A DNA stretch of 62,371 bases, counting the filler, from Choristocarpus tenellus KU-1152 (taxonomy: Eukaryota > Protista > Phaeophyceae): NCBI GenBank assembly GCA_964200185.2. It is 12 parts of 12 records of this genome, joined end to end, with 100 filler letters (N's around TTAATTAATTAA, not from the genome) between each part and the next. Parts side by side here need not be neighbours in the genome. Positions count along the whole stretch, not along the records: positions 49,490 to 54,914 come from CAXNAD020010824.1; positions 55,015 to 59,255 come from CAXNAD020015524.1; positions 59,356 to 62,371 come from CAXNAD020022914.1; 9 more parts are not named here. One strand, written 5' to 3'. The translations under genes were made by a program, and so were the position numbers. Below, in pieces: positions 50,890-62,371 of the stretch (its first letter is position 1; each line of letters opens with the position of its first letter). Under the pieces are notes generated by a model. That model worked only from the letters and a program-made list of their open reading frames with translations. It ran no database searches and was not told the DNA's origin.

Positions 50890-51560
50890 CGTCCTCCTAT
50901 GGTCAGCCTCACTACATACTGTTGAAAGATCTCAGTAAAAAAATACCAGTAGAACCCAACGTTCGGGGTGAGATCCCCACACAACAACTGTGCCCCCATT
51001 CATTGCGGCTTGGAGGAGCACCCAAAGATGTGATGTCTACAGCCAACAGGAACCCAGAATGACACCACACCAAGCTAGAAATGAAACAGGACACTCGAGC
51101 GCTTCCCTGCCTGGTCGGGAAAGGAAACGATGTTGCACTACTTCTAATTCTAATAGTTCTTGTTTTTCTTATTATACATACATGTACTGTACTGACCAAT
51201 TTGCACTAGGCAGTGCGTCTGTTCCTTCCTTGCTTCTCACATATTGCACCTGTAATCAGACTCACTACACACTGCTGGCCTATTTCTAACTGTATTAGTT
51301 CTTGTTTTTGTTGTTATGCAAGTACTGACCAACCAATTTCCACTAGGACTAGTTGTGCTTACTATCTCTGTTCCAACCTCACTTCTCACATATTGCCTCA
51401 ACACTCCACTCCACTCCTACCAGCCTTCTTCGCTTCGTCTCCTCATTCAATATTTCTGATTATCCTCCCTCGAATCTCCCGTTGTATCCCCGTATCTCCC
51501 TTAACTCAACTCTTTCACTTTGATCTTGGTTAGGTGTTTTTGTGTTATAGTCACACTTAC
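50890..51560 (+). mobile_element. Probable Gypsy 3' end (chromodomain-like remnant, PPT, LTR)
   Basis: TVERS...FIAAWRS...QEP chromo-like remnant with stops; GGGAAAGGAAACGA then TGT at 51131. The putative LTR has a diverged internal duplication (51153-51248 vs 51296-51397). Confidence 0.4.
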
Positions 51561-52143
51561 CACCACTACCACTTACCGCCACTACTAGTCTAAACTGGAT
51601 TTCTGTGGAAAGAAGAACAGAATAGGAGGGGTTCGATCCCGAGAAATTCATGAGGTTGGCACCTCTCCGAAACTATTGATTCAGCACAATACCACGGAAC
51701 ATCATTCTGTTTCAAAGTACAATCTCGAACACCAAACACCAAAAACATGCAGTCTCTTAGATTGTTTTCTGTAATTTGTGTGTGTGGGGGAGGATTTGCA
51801 CCACTGTCTATCTACCTGATGCTAACAAATAGCGAAGCAAGAAAGGCACAGCATAGCACGACGCACAAACGTGCAAGTCCTGCCTGTCTAACTGTCACGG
51901 GTTGCAGGTGGACAGCACCACCCCCAGTGAGTGAGAAACCTAAACACTTTTGATTTGTCCTTAACGGACTCTCTCTTTGATTGGATACCCAAGAAGGGAG
52001 ATATTTGATGGAAGTCACGGGATTCCATGTATACCTGCCTTGATGAGTGTCGTTCACCAGACGTACGTCTTTCCCAAAATGTGAACTTGAACTGCCAGGG
52101 TTTCCTTTGTACCTAATCGCGTTGTTCTTCCCTGTGCATCAGG

Positions 52144-54914
52144 ATGAAGGAGACAGTGGCTGATGGAAAAGAAACTGCACAACTCGGACCCGTGAAGCCA
52201 TTGCCTCGTTTTCGTCGACTTCGAGATCCTAATCTCGTCACACGTCATATTGCAGGTCAGACTTGATGTCCAGTCTACTTTGAAATACGTCGAGATACGG
52301 ATATTGAGTTGCTCAAGCCTGGCACAGGCCGTTCTAAGTGATTGTAATTGCCCTTTTGCTCGGACCTTGATCAACAAATGCTTCGTCAATTCCTGGTTCC
52401 TGTGCAGTATATAATGCTGGTCCTGCTGTCGGTATTGGAATTGAGACCCTGAGACGAGTCTTTCTGGTCTACGGTGCAATAGAGGACGTTGTTTGTCCAG
52501 TTCCCACCAGGCCTACTGTCTACATCTCCTACGTTGATGCATCAGCGGCAGCATTGGCGAGGCGAAGTCGCAATCGGCCAGCCGACATCGAACAGCGAAT
52601 CAGAGGAGGGGATTCGAAGGCTGCTACGGCCAGTGATGTATTTTCGCCTTCGCCAGACAAGGCATGCCCACTCCTTGGGCGATGGCTGAAGGTGGATTTC
52701 GTGGACAGGTTTGAAACTGATTGCCAACTTACGAACGTTTCCCAGATGTCAATGTAAAACCAAACAGACACAGATCAATACTAACCAATATGTAATCCCC
52801 CTCTTCTTGTACCCGTTACATAAACCCAGGCGTGTGGATTGCCCCTCTCGCTCCGATCACGAGAGTGGTCATCTTACTCTACTTCCCTTCGATGTTATGG
52901 CAGCGACTGGGGAGAGCGCCTCAGACAATAAGGTCACCGACAACTCCTCGCCCTGCCCCCTTTGCGCACGTCCCTGCGCAGCTGGGCGAGGCCTCCGGAT
53001 GCACATCATCGACGCTCACTCTGCCGATCTTCAGAGTCGCGATCATCTCCTTTCTTTACTGACATCCAGTAATCGCCCCTCCAGCCCCAAGGAGACCATG
53101 CCTTTTTCACGACCGGAGCCCAGGTCAATCATAACACCCCAAATACCAGGGTGTAGCATCCAGCAAGGTATGACCCTCAACACGAAGTCTCCAAATGCAA
53201 ACGCTATTCCTCAAATATTGGAGGACACAAATCAAGCCCAGGTTCCAAGAGCTGTGGCTGCTGCCCCAGCCTGGCGTTTTGCCAGTGGTGGAGGTAGTGC
53301 GAAATTTGAAGGGGTACAGGGTAGTGCACTTTCCCCAGGCTTAATTGCAGCGAGGGATGGCGACCTGGAAGCTCTTCAATGCTTGGTGGAGGGTCCAGAT
53401 AAGTGGAATCCCTGCCTGGAGCTTGACAAGTATGGGTCTGGGGCCCTCGAGTGGGCTGCAGGGGGAGGGCACCTAGAAGTGTGCAGGTATGATTCTTTGT
53501 TTAAGGTGCACATTGAAGGTTAGATGCACTTTGAGAATGATGACTAGAGCTTTGGTTGGGAAACAATATGCTGATGTGTAACGGAAGCTGAACCTTTCAT
53601 GGTTCAACCACTACTTCAAGTTATCTCTTTTTTTGGCAGCAGTTTTTGTTTGGAGCAGGTTGCTGTCCTAGCCTTGGTTTTCCCCTTTCATCATGTGGAG
53701 TGGAGTGTCAGGGTGTCCTGTTTAATCGCTTGCCTAGTTGGCAAGCAATACTTTTCACACTAATGCTATGCTCCCATGAGGGCATTGTAGTAACTTTAAA
53801 CTCTGTTCTGGTTAATGAGCAACCCTCGTGAAGCCCCAAACTTTTGACCCAAATTGCTTGTAGGTGAACGTATGGGGTAGTTTGTAGAGGGAACATACTT
53901 GACATGGTACTCCTAGGTCTGTTTTACTCTGGGGTCATTTTGCTGTGTCTCATGTTTCCGGGTGATTCACAACAATCTCTCTGACCTGAACATATTTATG
54001 TCTCAACTCCTGCTCTTGACCCTTCAAGCCTAAGCATGTTACGGGAAAAATTGCAATTCAACAAGGCACCCCAGAGAGAGGGACATGCAAAACCCTCTCT
54101 ATACCAGTCCATCTCACCCACAATCTGCCTCTGTGCCTCAACACTGCCTATATAATTATTTTAAACCAGGTACCTCATATTTTCATGTGGGATGGAAGCA
54201 GCAAGAGCCAACCCCAGACGTGGGAGGGCAAAACTAAGGACCCCCCTTCATTGGGCAGCAAGGGGGGGACATGAAATGGTCTGCCAGTTCTTGATTCAAG
54301 ACTCTGAGCACCACCCTCCATCACAGTTGCCTAAATCTCCGATGCTCCCTTTAGATGCAGAGGGACAAGAAAATACTGTGAAGACAGTGGCAGAGGAAGT
54401 AGGGAAACGCCCAAGAGCAGATGACAAACCATGGAGAGAGGTAGGGGGAGGTTGTGGTGTTTTGCCAGACCCTGTGGCAGGTGATGGAACCACTCCCTTT
54501 CATTGGGCAGTCTGGGGGGGGCATTTGCCTGTCTGCAAGCTACTGTACAGTTATGGAGCTGATCCATGTAGGTCAAATAGTCACGGCTGCACATCCGTAC
54601 ACTGGGCTGCTCTTTCTGGCAATGTTGTACTCTGCCGGTGGCTGAATACGCTGAAATGTAAGTCAGGGGGGAGAGGGGCTGTACTTCCTCTTGATGATGG
54701 ACAGATGGGTTCTGTACGGGGAGCAAGAGAAAATTTTAAACAAGACCACAAGGGTGGGCTAGACTGGGGCAAGGCAAACTTGCAGGGACATACAGCATGT
54801 CACAAGGCAGCGCTGAAAGGTCAGGCTGGTGTTCTGAAATGGCTTCTAAGGGAGTCGGGTGTGGCAGCTGAGGCATGGGGGTGTGACCAAGGGGGATATC
54901 GGCCAGCAGATGTT
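52144..54914 (+). CDS. ALKBH8-type RRM + C2H2 zinc finger + ankyrin-repeat protein (3'-truncated)
   Basis: Exons 52144-52255, 52408-52708, 52830-53486 and 54170->54914 are GT-AG with phases 1,2,2 and join in one frame. RRM: LPRFRR...RHIAVYNAGPAVGIGIETLRRVFLVYGAIEDV...VYISYVD...CPLLGRWLKVDF. C2H2: CPLCARPCAAGRGLRMHIIDAH. Ankyrin motifs: ALEWAAGGGHLEVCRYL, TPLHWAARGGH, TPFHWAVWGGH, SVHWAALSGN, TACHKAALKGQ. Confidence 0.85.
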
Positions 54915-55014
54915 NNNNNNNNNNNNNNNNNNNNNNNNNNNNNNNNNNNNNNNNNNNNTTAATTAATTAANNNNNNNNNNNNNNNNNNNNNNNNNNNNNN
55001 NNNNNNNNNNNNNN

Positions 55015-55783
55015 ACCAGCGAAGTACTGCCAGGTCAGTGGCAGTGGCCAGAGGGGGGTGGGGGGGAGGGGGGACTGTAGCTGAATGAATTATGGTGAGG
55101 AATAGATAGATGTCTTTCATAGATTTTTTATGCAGTAAAGAAGCAAATTCTTGCATGTGTACTCCCTTTTCAAGCCCCCTTTTTGACTTCCTTGACCCCC
55201 CAACACCTTCCCACCCAGTTGCCTAGCAAGGCCTCTCTCTCCCTTGGCCTTCCTTCTACTCGCCCCACCTGTGACCCTGACCCCTCTTCCATTACCCCTC
55301 TTTCCCTGCCTGGAGCAGAAGCACAAGGCAGATGGAATGGTGGACGTGGTGTCCCGCAAGTGCCAAATGGAGGGGTGCATGAAACGCCCTTGGTACAGCT
55401 ACGATGGAAGTAGACCAATCATGTGTGTCGAGCATAAGGCCCCAGGAATGATTGGTTACCGAGTTGTGCAGAAGGAATCAGCGGTCAGTGGAGTGAGGGA
55501 AGAGGGAGAGGATGCAAGCAGTGCTGCTGGCAAGCGCACCTTTGACCAAATGGACCTTCAGCATGTTCACCTTCAGCACCCACACCCACTTCCAACACCC
55601 ATGACGGTATCGCACTCTCTACCCTTGACCATGTCGAACATGGGGTCTGGGGGAGTTGTGTCTGGTTTGGGTTCGCCGTTGGGAACAGGCTTAGGGGGAG
55701 GACTAGGGACGGGCTTGGGAGCAGGGTTGCCCACGCTTTCACCAGCCTTGACTTCACATCACCTCGCCAGTGCCCCTGTATGA
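55015..55783 (+). CDS. EsV-1-7 cysteine-rich repeat protein, last exons
   Basis: Exons <55015-55033 (PAKYCQ) and 55319-55783 give KHKADGMVDVVSRKCQMEGCMKRPWYSYDGSRPIMCVEHKAPGMI, matching the Cx4C...CxxH...GMV EsV-1-7 repeat, followed by a His/Pro/Gly-rich tail. Confidence 0.88.
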
Positions 55784-58700
55784 AGGGCATGTACTACTGG
55801 TAGTGCATTGTGTGCAATGAAGAGGCATTTCTGTTGTAGTGATGATAGCTTCCATGGCCGCCGGTTCTAGGTATGGGCCAAGGAAGTTATTTTATTGTAT
55901 GAATGAACTACGAGGAAGTGTTTCGAGGGATGAGTGTATTATTGTTTGTGTGTTGATTGACGTAAGCTCCGCGTTTGTGTTTAGCTGTATGTGTCTTGTC
56001 TACCTGAGTTTGAAATTCTAAGCGAATGGGTTTATGGTGTTAGCTTGACAAGTACACGGTGGGTTCTTTCTTGCCTTGTGGAACATGGGAAACAGGGAGA
56101 GAGTGCAATTTGTGCTTGTACAATGATTTATTTGGGGGCAATATATTGTGTGTGTGTTTTACGTTTTGGGACAACAACATTAACAACAACAAAGTTCCAT
56201 TGGTACCCATTTTCTGTGGTAGGCAGTAGACAACTTAGTGTGCTATTATAGTGTCGACATACACACGTTTCAATTTGTTCTTTTTTTGTAATTTGAGAAC
56301 ATTTTTTTTTAAGGGTAACCTTTCATACATCCCAGACACGGAATGATATAGGGTTGGGGTTGAGATAGAGCTGCAAAGGAGGATTTTCGTTTCTTATTGT
56401 TGAGCCTGTTTATTTGTTATTGAAGATGACAGATACCCACTGTTTTTTTCCCCTGTTCGGTCTGCCCCCTCACAAAGCCTGTATGCCCTCTATACCAGAC
56501 CATACACATATGTACATGCATAGTCTCATTGCACTGCGATGCCGATATTGAACGGATATAGTGTGTTGTTATCGACCTCAACGATTCAATCCAAGCGATA
56601 CTAATAGTTCTAATTCTAAGAATAATTGTGATCGTGGTTCGAAAATCGTTTTATTGTTACATCACGGACACACCGTTCGGCGTAATCTTCTCCCCAGAAC
56701 TTGGCATTTGCTCACTCGCTGCCTCCATGAAACTCCGAGTGTACTCTGTTTGCCGCCTCTGAGCTCTCGCCTGTTCCACATGCACTTCATTCAATCCAAC
56801 CGGTCGGAAATTGAAACCGTTTCGGAGCAATCAAAGAATTATTTCGGTTAAGAGGCGCAGTAACTATTCTCTTTTTTGTGCTGTGATATTTAGGCAAGGA
56901 AATGTTTGCATCAATAATATTGTTGAGCAGGTGCCCAGGCCAAGTAGTGTGAGAGTGTGACCCTTATGTTACCAACATTTATATACACATATTTTTAGTA
57001 GATCCACCAAGATTTCCACGCACTAATTTTGGGGGTGTTTCTAGCGAGCATGCAGCCCTGGACATCTGCAGCAAGGGGTATACAGGGTGCCTGCCCAACA
57101 TGTTCATGTTTGAAAAAATGACTCTAAAGTATGCCGGACCTCAACAAGACACTTTCTCACTCCCTTCCTCCCAAATTTTCACCCTCACTCACATCCCTTG
57201 TTTCTGAAACACTTCACAAAGTTATATGAAAGAGGTAACCACATGATTGATAGTACCTACATACTGAGACCATGGAATTGTAGTATAGGAGGATTGCTCT
57301 TTGTGATGGACATGACAAATACCAATACCCCATTAACCCCAAAGGTTCTGCAGGGAGCCAATCACACCTTCCATAGTGATGGCAAAGTTCGCACCATATA
57401 TAATTTATCATCATTTCCTCAGTATGTATGATGTTGCATGCGATTACCCATAAACAGGTTCTCTCCTGTTGGAGAGTTTGTCGATAAAAACTACACAAAA
57501 ATGAAAGGAATTTGAAGTGCCAGGATCGGATCGAACCCCTGAGGCATACAGAAGTTGCGATCGGTTTTATTTAATTCTTCCAAACATACACTGTGATCAC
57601 CCTGTTTGCTCCTGATAGATATTCTAATACATATGTTCCCTACAAGTTTTTGATTGTGTCCTTTACTTCTTCCCCTCTCAACGATTCCACAATTTCATTC
57701 TTGTCTATCATGTGCATAATACTTCATAAAGAGTCAAAGTAAGCAAAAGGTATCCATCCAGGGGCTGCATTACAAGGATGCCAACAAATATGCGTAACAT
57801 TCTACTTTTTTTTAATGAACATGTATGTGACTTTTCTTAATTCTACTAAAAGTTATCAAATAATACTGAAATCAACACTCTCAAGTCAAACTTAGTGCTC
57901 CATCCACAGGAATATGGGTGAATTGCAAAAAATGCAGAACTGACTTTAAAATGCAAAATGGCCAAAACCGCAATACCTCTCTTATACTTTGATTCAAATA
58001 TTTTTCCTCCTCTCCCCAAAAAGGAGTTCCTTCCACTCCCTGACCGCCTCACCCACTCAACATAAAATAACACAACCAAGCAACTGAACCATTTGAATTA
58101 TGAGGGATTTCAACAGGCCAAGGAAACTGCAAAGACAAACCCACAGGTGATCCAGCATGTAACAAAGGAAGGATAAAACTTTTCCTTTCAAAATATCAAG
58201 CAGAATCCCTCCCCCCCCCACACACACACACAAAAATAAGTAAATATTGAATATCCCAATTCTTACAGAATCCACAAAGAAAAACGAAAAACCTACCTGG
58301 CTCATTATTTCAGCAGGTGAATAGGGGTAAGGATGATGTACCCAAACACATCATAGCAGCGGGCATGTCAATGAAGTATATATTTTTTTATTATAAAGTG
58401 CTAATGAGGAATGTTTACCATAATTGTACCTAAACAATTTACACATTCAATGACTTGGAGTTTCCTGCCCCTGCACCCCCAACATATAATGCAGTTTGTG
58501 CATCCAGCTGCTTCAGTTCATCCCTCGCCAATACAACTAGCAAAAGATTTTCAACTATACCTGCGCTTCCCTCCTCCCCCCCCCCTCCCATGAGCAATAT
58601 TCCTTCCCATTCTTTGCAATGGTTGAAGGGTGGGGGGCAGTCAGTTATGTACGTATATGCCAACCCACCAAGAAAGTTTATAAACCATGTTCTCTGCCAT

Positions 58701-58815
58701 GGTCGTCCCCGAAGATGACATTGACATCCATAAACTATTGACAGATCATCAATATCTTTGACAATTCAAGAGTCCTACGACCGATCATCGGCTGTGCCTC
58801 ACAGAAGTCTGGACC

Positions 58816-58930
58816 TCAATGAAACCAAGCCATCTTGATGGCTACCTCTTCTGATGTCCCATCCCCATCCTCAAGCCTCAATCCATCCACTTTTCGCAGG
58901 TACTTGAAACAACTAGTACTTTGCCAATAG
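58816..58930 (-). CDS. Possible terminal exon of an unidentified gene
   Basis: A ccaaag| acceptor precedes the open frame YWQSTSCFKYLRKVDGLRLEDGDGTSEEVAIKMAWFH*. No homology recognised. Confidence 0.3.
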
Positions 58931-60206
58931 CTTTGGATGTACAAAATTTCGAGTTTGTTTTGGAGAACACATAACAGGTGTGGAGGCGAACCCCAATGGG
59001 CACAACAACAAAGTGAAACTATGTTATGAGCAAAACTAACATCGAAAACTGTAAGGAAAAAAAAGCTCTACCTAATCCATAGCAATATGCTTTTATGACA
59101 CACACACACACACACAAACACTTCCAACCAAACATGGAGGTATACTAATTAGGGGAGGGGAGAGGGGGGGGGGGGGGGGGGGGGGCCAAAACAACTTATA
59201 AGTTAAAAGGGGGGGGGGGGGGGGGGGGGGGGGGGAGGGGGTGGTGCGGGGGGGGNNNNNNNNNNNNNNNNNNNNNNNNNNNNNNNNNNNNNNNNNNNNT
59301 TAATTAATTAANNNNNNNNNNNNNNNNNNNNNNNNNNNNNNNNNNNNNNNNNNNNTTAAAAGCCAGGGCACACATCAAAAATTCAAATACCTTGAAAAAA
59401 AACAATCCCCCCCCCCCCCAACAAAAAAAAAAACACAAAATGCTTCCCATTGCACTAATCAGGATGAGCCATTCCTTAGTAGCATCACCCCCAAAGTTCC
59501 TCCCCGACTTCAAGAGGCCAGATACAAAAAAACAAAAAAATATACTACACTCTAGAGCATTCCTAGAACAGTATCATCCCTCCAGCAAGAACACCAAACC
59601 GTAGGAGAGGTCAGAATCATCCAATCAAACAATACCTACAATGAGGGAAAAAAAACATAAAACCATGAAAAAATCCCAAAGAACTTCAATGCTCTACAGT
59701 GGAAACATTTCAACCACACATCGTTCCCACAAGCCAAACACAAAAAATAGAAACAAAACCAGGTCAATGCCCCCCCCCCCCCCCCCCCCCCTCCCCCCCT
59801 TTCCCCGCTCCCTTCTCCGCCCGCTCCCTGGCCCCCTCCCACCACACGCTGAGAGCCATTCCGAGACAATCGTACCCAGGCCCCATGTTGGCGCTGGATG
59901 CTGGTACTCGCAGTACAACCTTATTCCGCTCCTGTGCTGCTTCCCTATGTTTGTATTAGTTCATTGCGCAATGCGTTGTATTAGGGTTAGTATTAGGGTT
60001 AACATGCTTTGGATTAATATTTACTTAAATTTTTTTTAAGGCTATGGTTGACACGCCTTGTATTAATAGGGTCAAGGTTAATACACTTTAAATTCATAAA
60101 TAAATAAATATATATATATACTGGAACTAAGTTAGGACCACTAACAGGGGCTAAGTAGTTACAATCACTTGGGCTAGAGTAGAACTCAACAGGGATCAAC
60201 GGCAAG

Positions 60207-60775
60207 ATCGATAGTGGCATGTATGACTATTGTAGCACTACATGGTGCTACAGAGCATACTAGTAGAAAACTGAAATATACAAAAATATTTATATACTGC
60301 CACTATCGATATTGAAGTGTATGACTATTGTAGCACTACATGGTGCTACAGAGCATACTAGTAGAAAACTGAAATACATAAAAATATGTATATACTGTCA
60401 CTATCGATAGTGAAGTGTATGACTATTGTAGCACTACATGGTGCTACAGAGAATACTAGTAGAAAACTGAAATACACAATATATATATACTGCCACTTTT
60501 GATAGTGAAGCGTATGGCTATTGTAGCACTACATGGTGTTACAGAGCATACTAGTAGAAAACTGAAATACACAATAATATATATATATACTGCCACTATC
60601 GATAGTGAAGTGTATGACTATTGTAGCACTACGTGGTGCTACAGAGCATAATAACAGAAAACTGAAATGCGCGAAAAAATATATATATTCTGCCACTATC
60701 GATAGTGAAGTGTGTGACTATTGTAGCACTACATAGTGCTACAGAGCATACTAATAGAAAAATTAAATACTCATA
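60207..60775. repeat. 95-100-bp palindrome-rich tandem array, ~5.7 copies
   Basis: Unit starts at 60222, 60320, 60418, 60513, 60613 and 60713. Each unit has the hairpin TGTAGCAC-N6-GTGC/TTACA. Units 1-4 have TACTAGTA, and most have an AT-variable linker and CACTATCGATAGTG (perfect in units 2, 4 and 5). Confidence 0.95.
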
Positions 60776-61923
60776 AAAAGAGATGTAGCAGCCAACACTA
60801 GAGGTAAAATCTGATTCAAAGCAGTCTTTTTCACGACAAAATATTCACAAATCAAAAAGAATCAAGACATTAGAAATTCAATTCAATTTAATTGAATTTG
60901 ACTGTCATTCAAAACTTGAGTAATTGTTTGTGATTTTTCAATAGTGACATTTTTTTCATGGTCCACACTACTACTGACATTTTCAACAAAGGACAACAAT
61001 CCACACAGGGAGGGGGGCTAGGGATCCACATCTATTAAGAACACAAATACATATTTAAATATCATTGACTAAAAAAAGATCCTTGGATGATAAAAAATAG
61101 GCAAAAAACCCATCGTAACAATAAAATTGAAGGTACCCTGTACTCACCTGTTTTTAGAGCAGGGGATCCCCAATCCCTAATCTCTGATCCCTACTGGCAG
61201 GTGTCACAAATAGATACTGACAGTTCACTGGAGGCAACAGTTTCATGTTCCACATACAAACAACCAAAAAGCACCTGTCGTAAATGAGCTCTCCAATCCT
61301 AAACCAAACAAACATTTCCTTTATCATTACCCCAGCATCAATCCCTAACCCCAACCCACGGGGGTGAATAAGGTTAAAAAAAAAATGGGCCGCTGATTTT
61401 CCAAAAAATCTGAAACTGCCAGCGATGGAAAAAAAAAATCTTTGCTGAAAATATTGTTATCGGTTTCTTCCACAGTCAGAGCGCAACACCTTAATTGTTA
61501 TTATTTTTGCTACATATTACACATCAATAGCATTAATTAATCTCATGCTTAGGGTTAGGGTTGCCTCCAGTTCTTTGGGAGTACGCACATTTAGAGTGTA
61601 TGGGATGCAGGTGCACAAAAGCACTAAAAAAAAAAAAATCAAGTGGAAAGAGCCGGTTGAAAAAAGAAAAGCCAGAGAAGCACAGTGATAAAATAATACT
61701 CGTGCCTCTCTCAAAAAAACAATTACATGTCCTCTAACAACTTAGGGTTAGGGTTACAACTACTGGCCCAACATTCGCAGCACAATAAAAATACAAATAT
61801 TAAACACATCGATAACTTTCCTTGACAAAATACCCAGTAGATCCTAAATAAAGTGAGTGCTTACAGGTTCACTACGAGGCATCAAAAGTTCTAAAAGAGG
61901 AGAAGGGCCTATATTTGACAGAC

Positions 61924-62105
61924 CTTATGACATCCTCTCTTATCTCCATGATGCTGGTATTCCGTGTGATGTTTATCTCATCATCATCCGCTGCTGCCCC
62001 TCGTTCTCCCAGGTGTGCTGACGCCACCCTAGTTGGTACAGAGTTAATGTTCATCCCACCGCCATAATCTTCGTGAACTCCACTCCCCTCTTCATCATCA
62101 TCCAC
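61924..62105 (-). CDS. Exon of an unidentified acidic protein
   Basis: A ttctcag| acceptor precedes the open frame VDDDEEGSGVHEDYGGG...NITRNTSIMEIREDVI, with a possible donor gtctgt at 61923. Alternatively the frame runs to the stop at 61872. Confidence 0.5.
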
Positions 62106-62371
62106 CTGAGAAGGCGTTGCCAATAATATAATTGACTATTCCGTTAATCACATCACAAAAAGCACGCTACAAGAAACGCCAACATCACTTGTGGAAACCC
62201 TGACCTCAAACCGGATGTTCCACCATACTGGGTGGACTATCACCAGCAGGAAAACAGGAAATTGCAATTCTTCACAAAGGAGTCTATCCCCCCCCCCCCC
62301 CCACCCCATACGCCTTCCCCGCCCGCCGACAGAAAGAAAAACAGACCACACAAAGAGAGTGGCGCTCAGAT

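Larger units (their letters stand above)
7275..59355. other. 11 artificial contig-joining linkers (N44-TTAATTAATTAA-N44)
   Basis: Identical 100-bp spacers at 7275-7374, 10333-10432, 16147-16246, 26963-27062, 29916-30015, 34091-34190, 37721-37820, 46702-46801, 49390-49489, 54915-55014 and 59256-59355. TTAATTAATTAA gives stops in all six frames. Genes are cut at these points and unrelated genes resume. Confidence 0.97.

Noticed and set aside
7375-55783. Functional cluster (MYB, DMC1, UBA2 as meiosis/cell-cycle genes; TRM5 with the ALKBH8-like RRM gene as tRNA modification)
   Set aside because: The genes sit on different concatenated contigs; of these, only DMC1 and TRM5 are physically linked.
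57340-57390. Alpha/beta-hydrolase exon (VLQGANHTF)
   Set aside because: A single short motif with a weak donor and no neighbouring exons I could join.
57520-57545. tRNA genes (B-box-like GGTTCGATCC on the minus strand here and on the plus strand at 51629-51638)
   Set aside because: No cloverleaf or A-box could be built; at most SINE or tRNA relics.
60207-60775. CRISPR array (palindromic repeats with variable segments)
   Set aside because: The variable parts are short, related AT-rich slippage variants rather than unique spacers; the context is eukaryotic and no cas genes are present.
1-62371. Most ORFs of 60-140 aa in the supplied track
   Set aside because: They are shadow frames of exons, intronic low-complexity DNA or decayed transposon fragments; the real genes here are spliced.

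Overview
Eukaryotic, intron-rich DNA, most likely from a brown alga (Phaeophyceae) or close relative; this is an inference from an EsV-1-7-repeat gene, long GT-AG introns and TTAGGG-type repeats. The window is not one locus. It is 12 short contigs joined by 11 artificial 100-bp linkers (44 N + TTAATTAATTAA + 44 N), so adjacency across linkers means nothing. Spliced genes reconstructed by hand, all partial: a 3R-MYB factor, a Spinster-like MFS transporter exon, meiotic recombinase DMC1 tail-to-tail with tRNA m1G37 methyltransferase TRM5, the 3' end of an ABCC transporter, a cyclic-nucleotide phosphodiesterase that stops before its HD motif, the 3' half of SUMO E1 subunit UBA2/SAE2, an EsV-1-7-repeat protein, and a protein combining an ALKBH8-type RRM, a C2H2 zinc finger and ankyrin repeats. 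Much of the rest is decayed Copia/Gypsy sequence, two related ~250-bp inverted-repeat (MITE-like) families and tandem arrays. I found no CRISPR array, rRNA or intact tRNA. The best leads are the RRM-ZnF-ankyrin fusion, a ~98-bp array resembling multimerised Helitron 3' ends, the inverted-repeat element with asymmetric ends and only a 1-bp flank match, and telomere-like repeats built into an intron. I cannot show that any of these is a new system without database searches.
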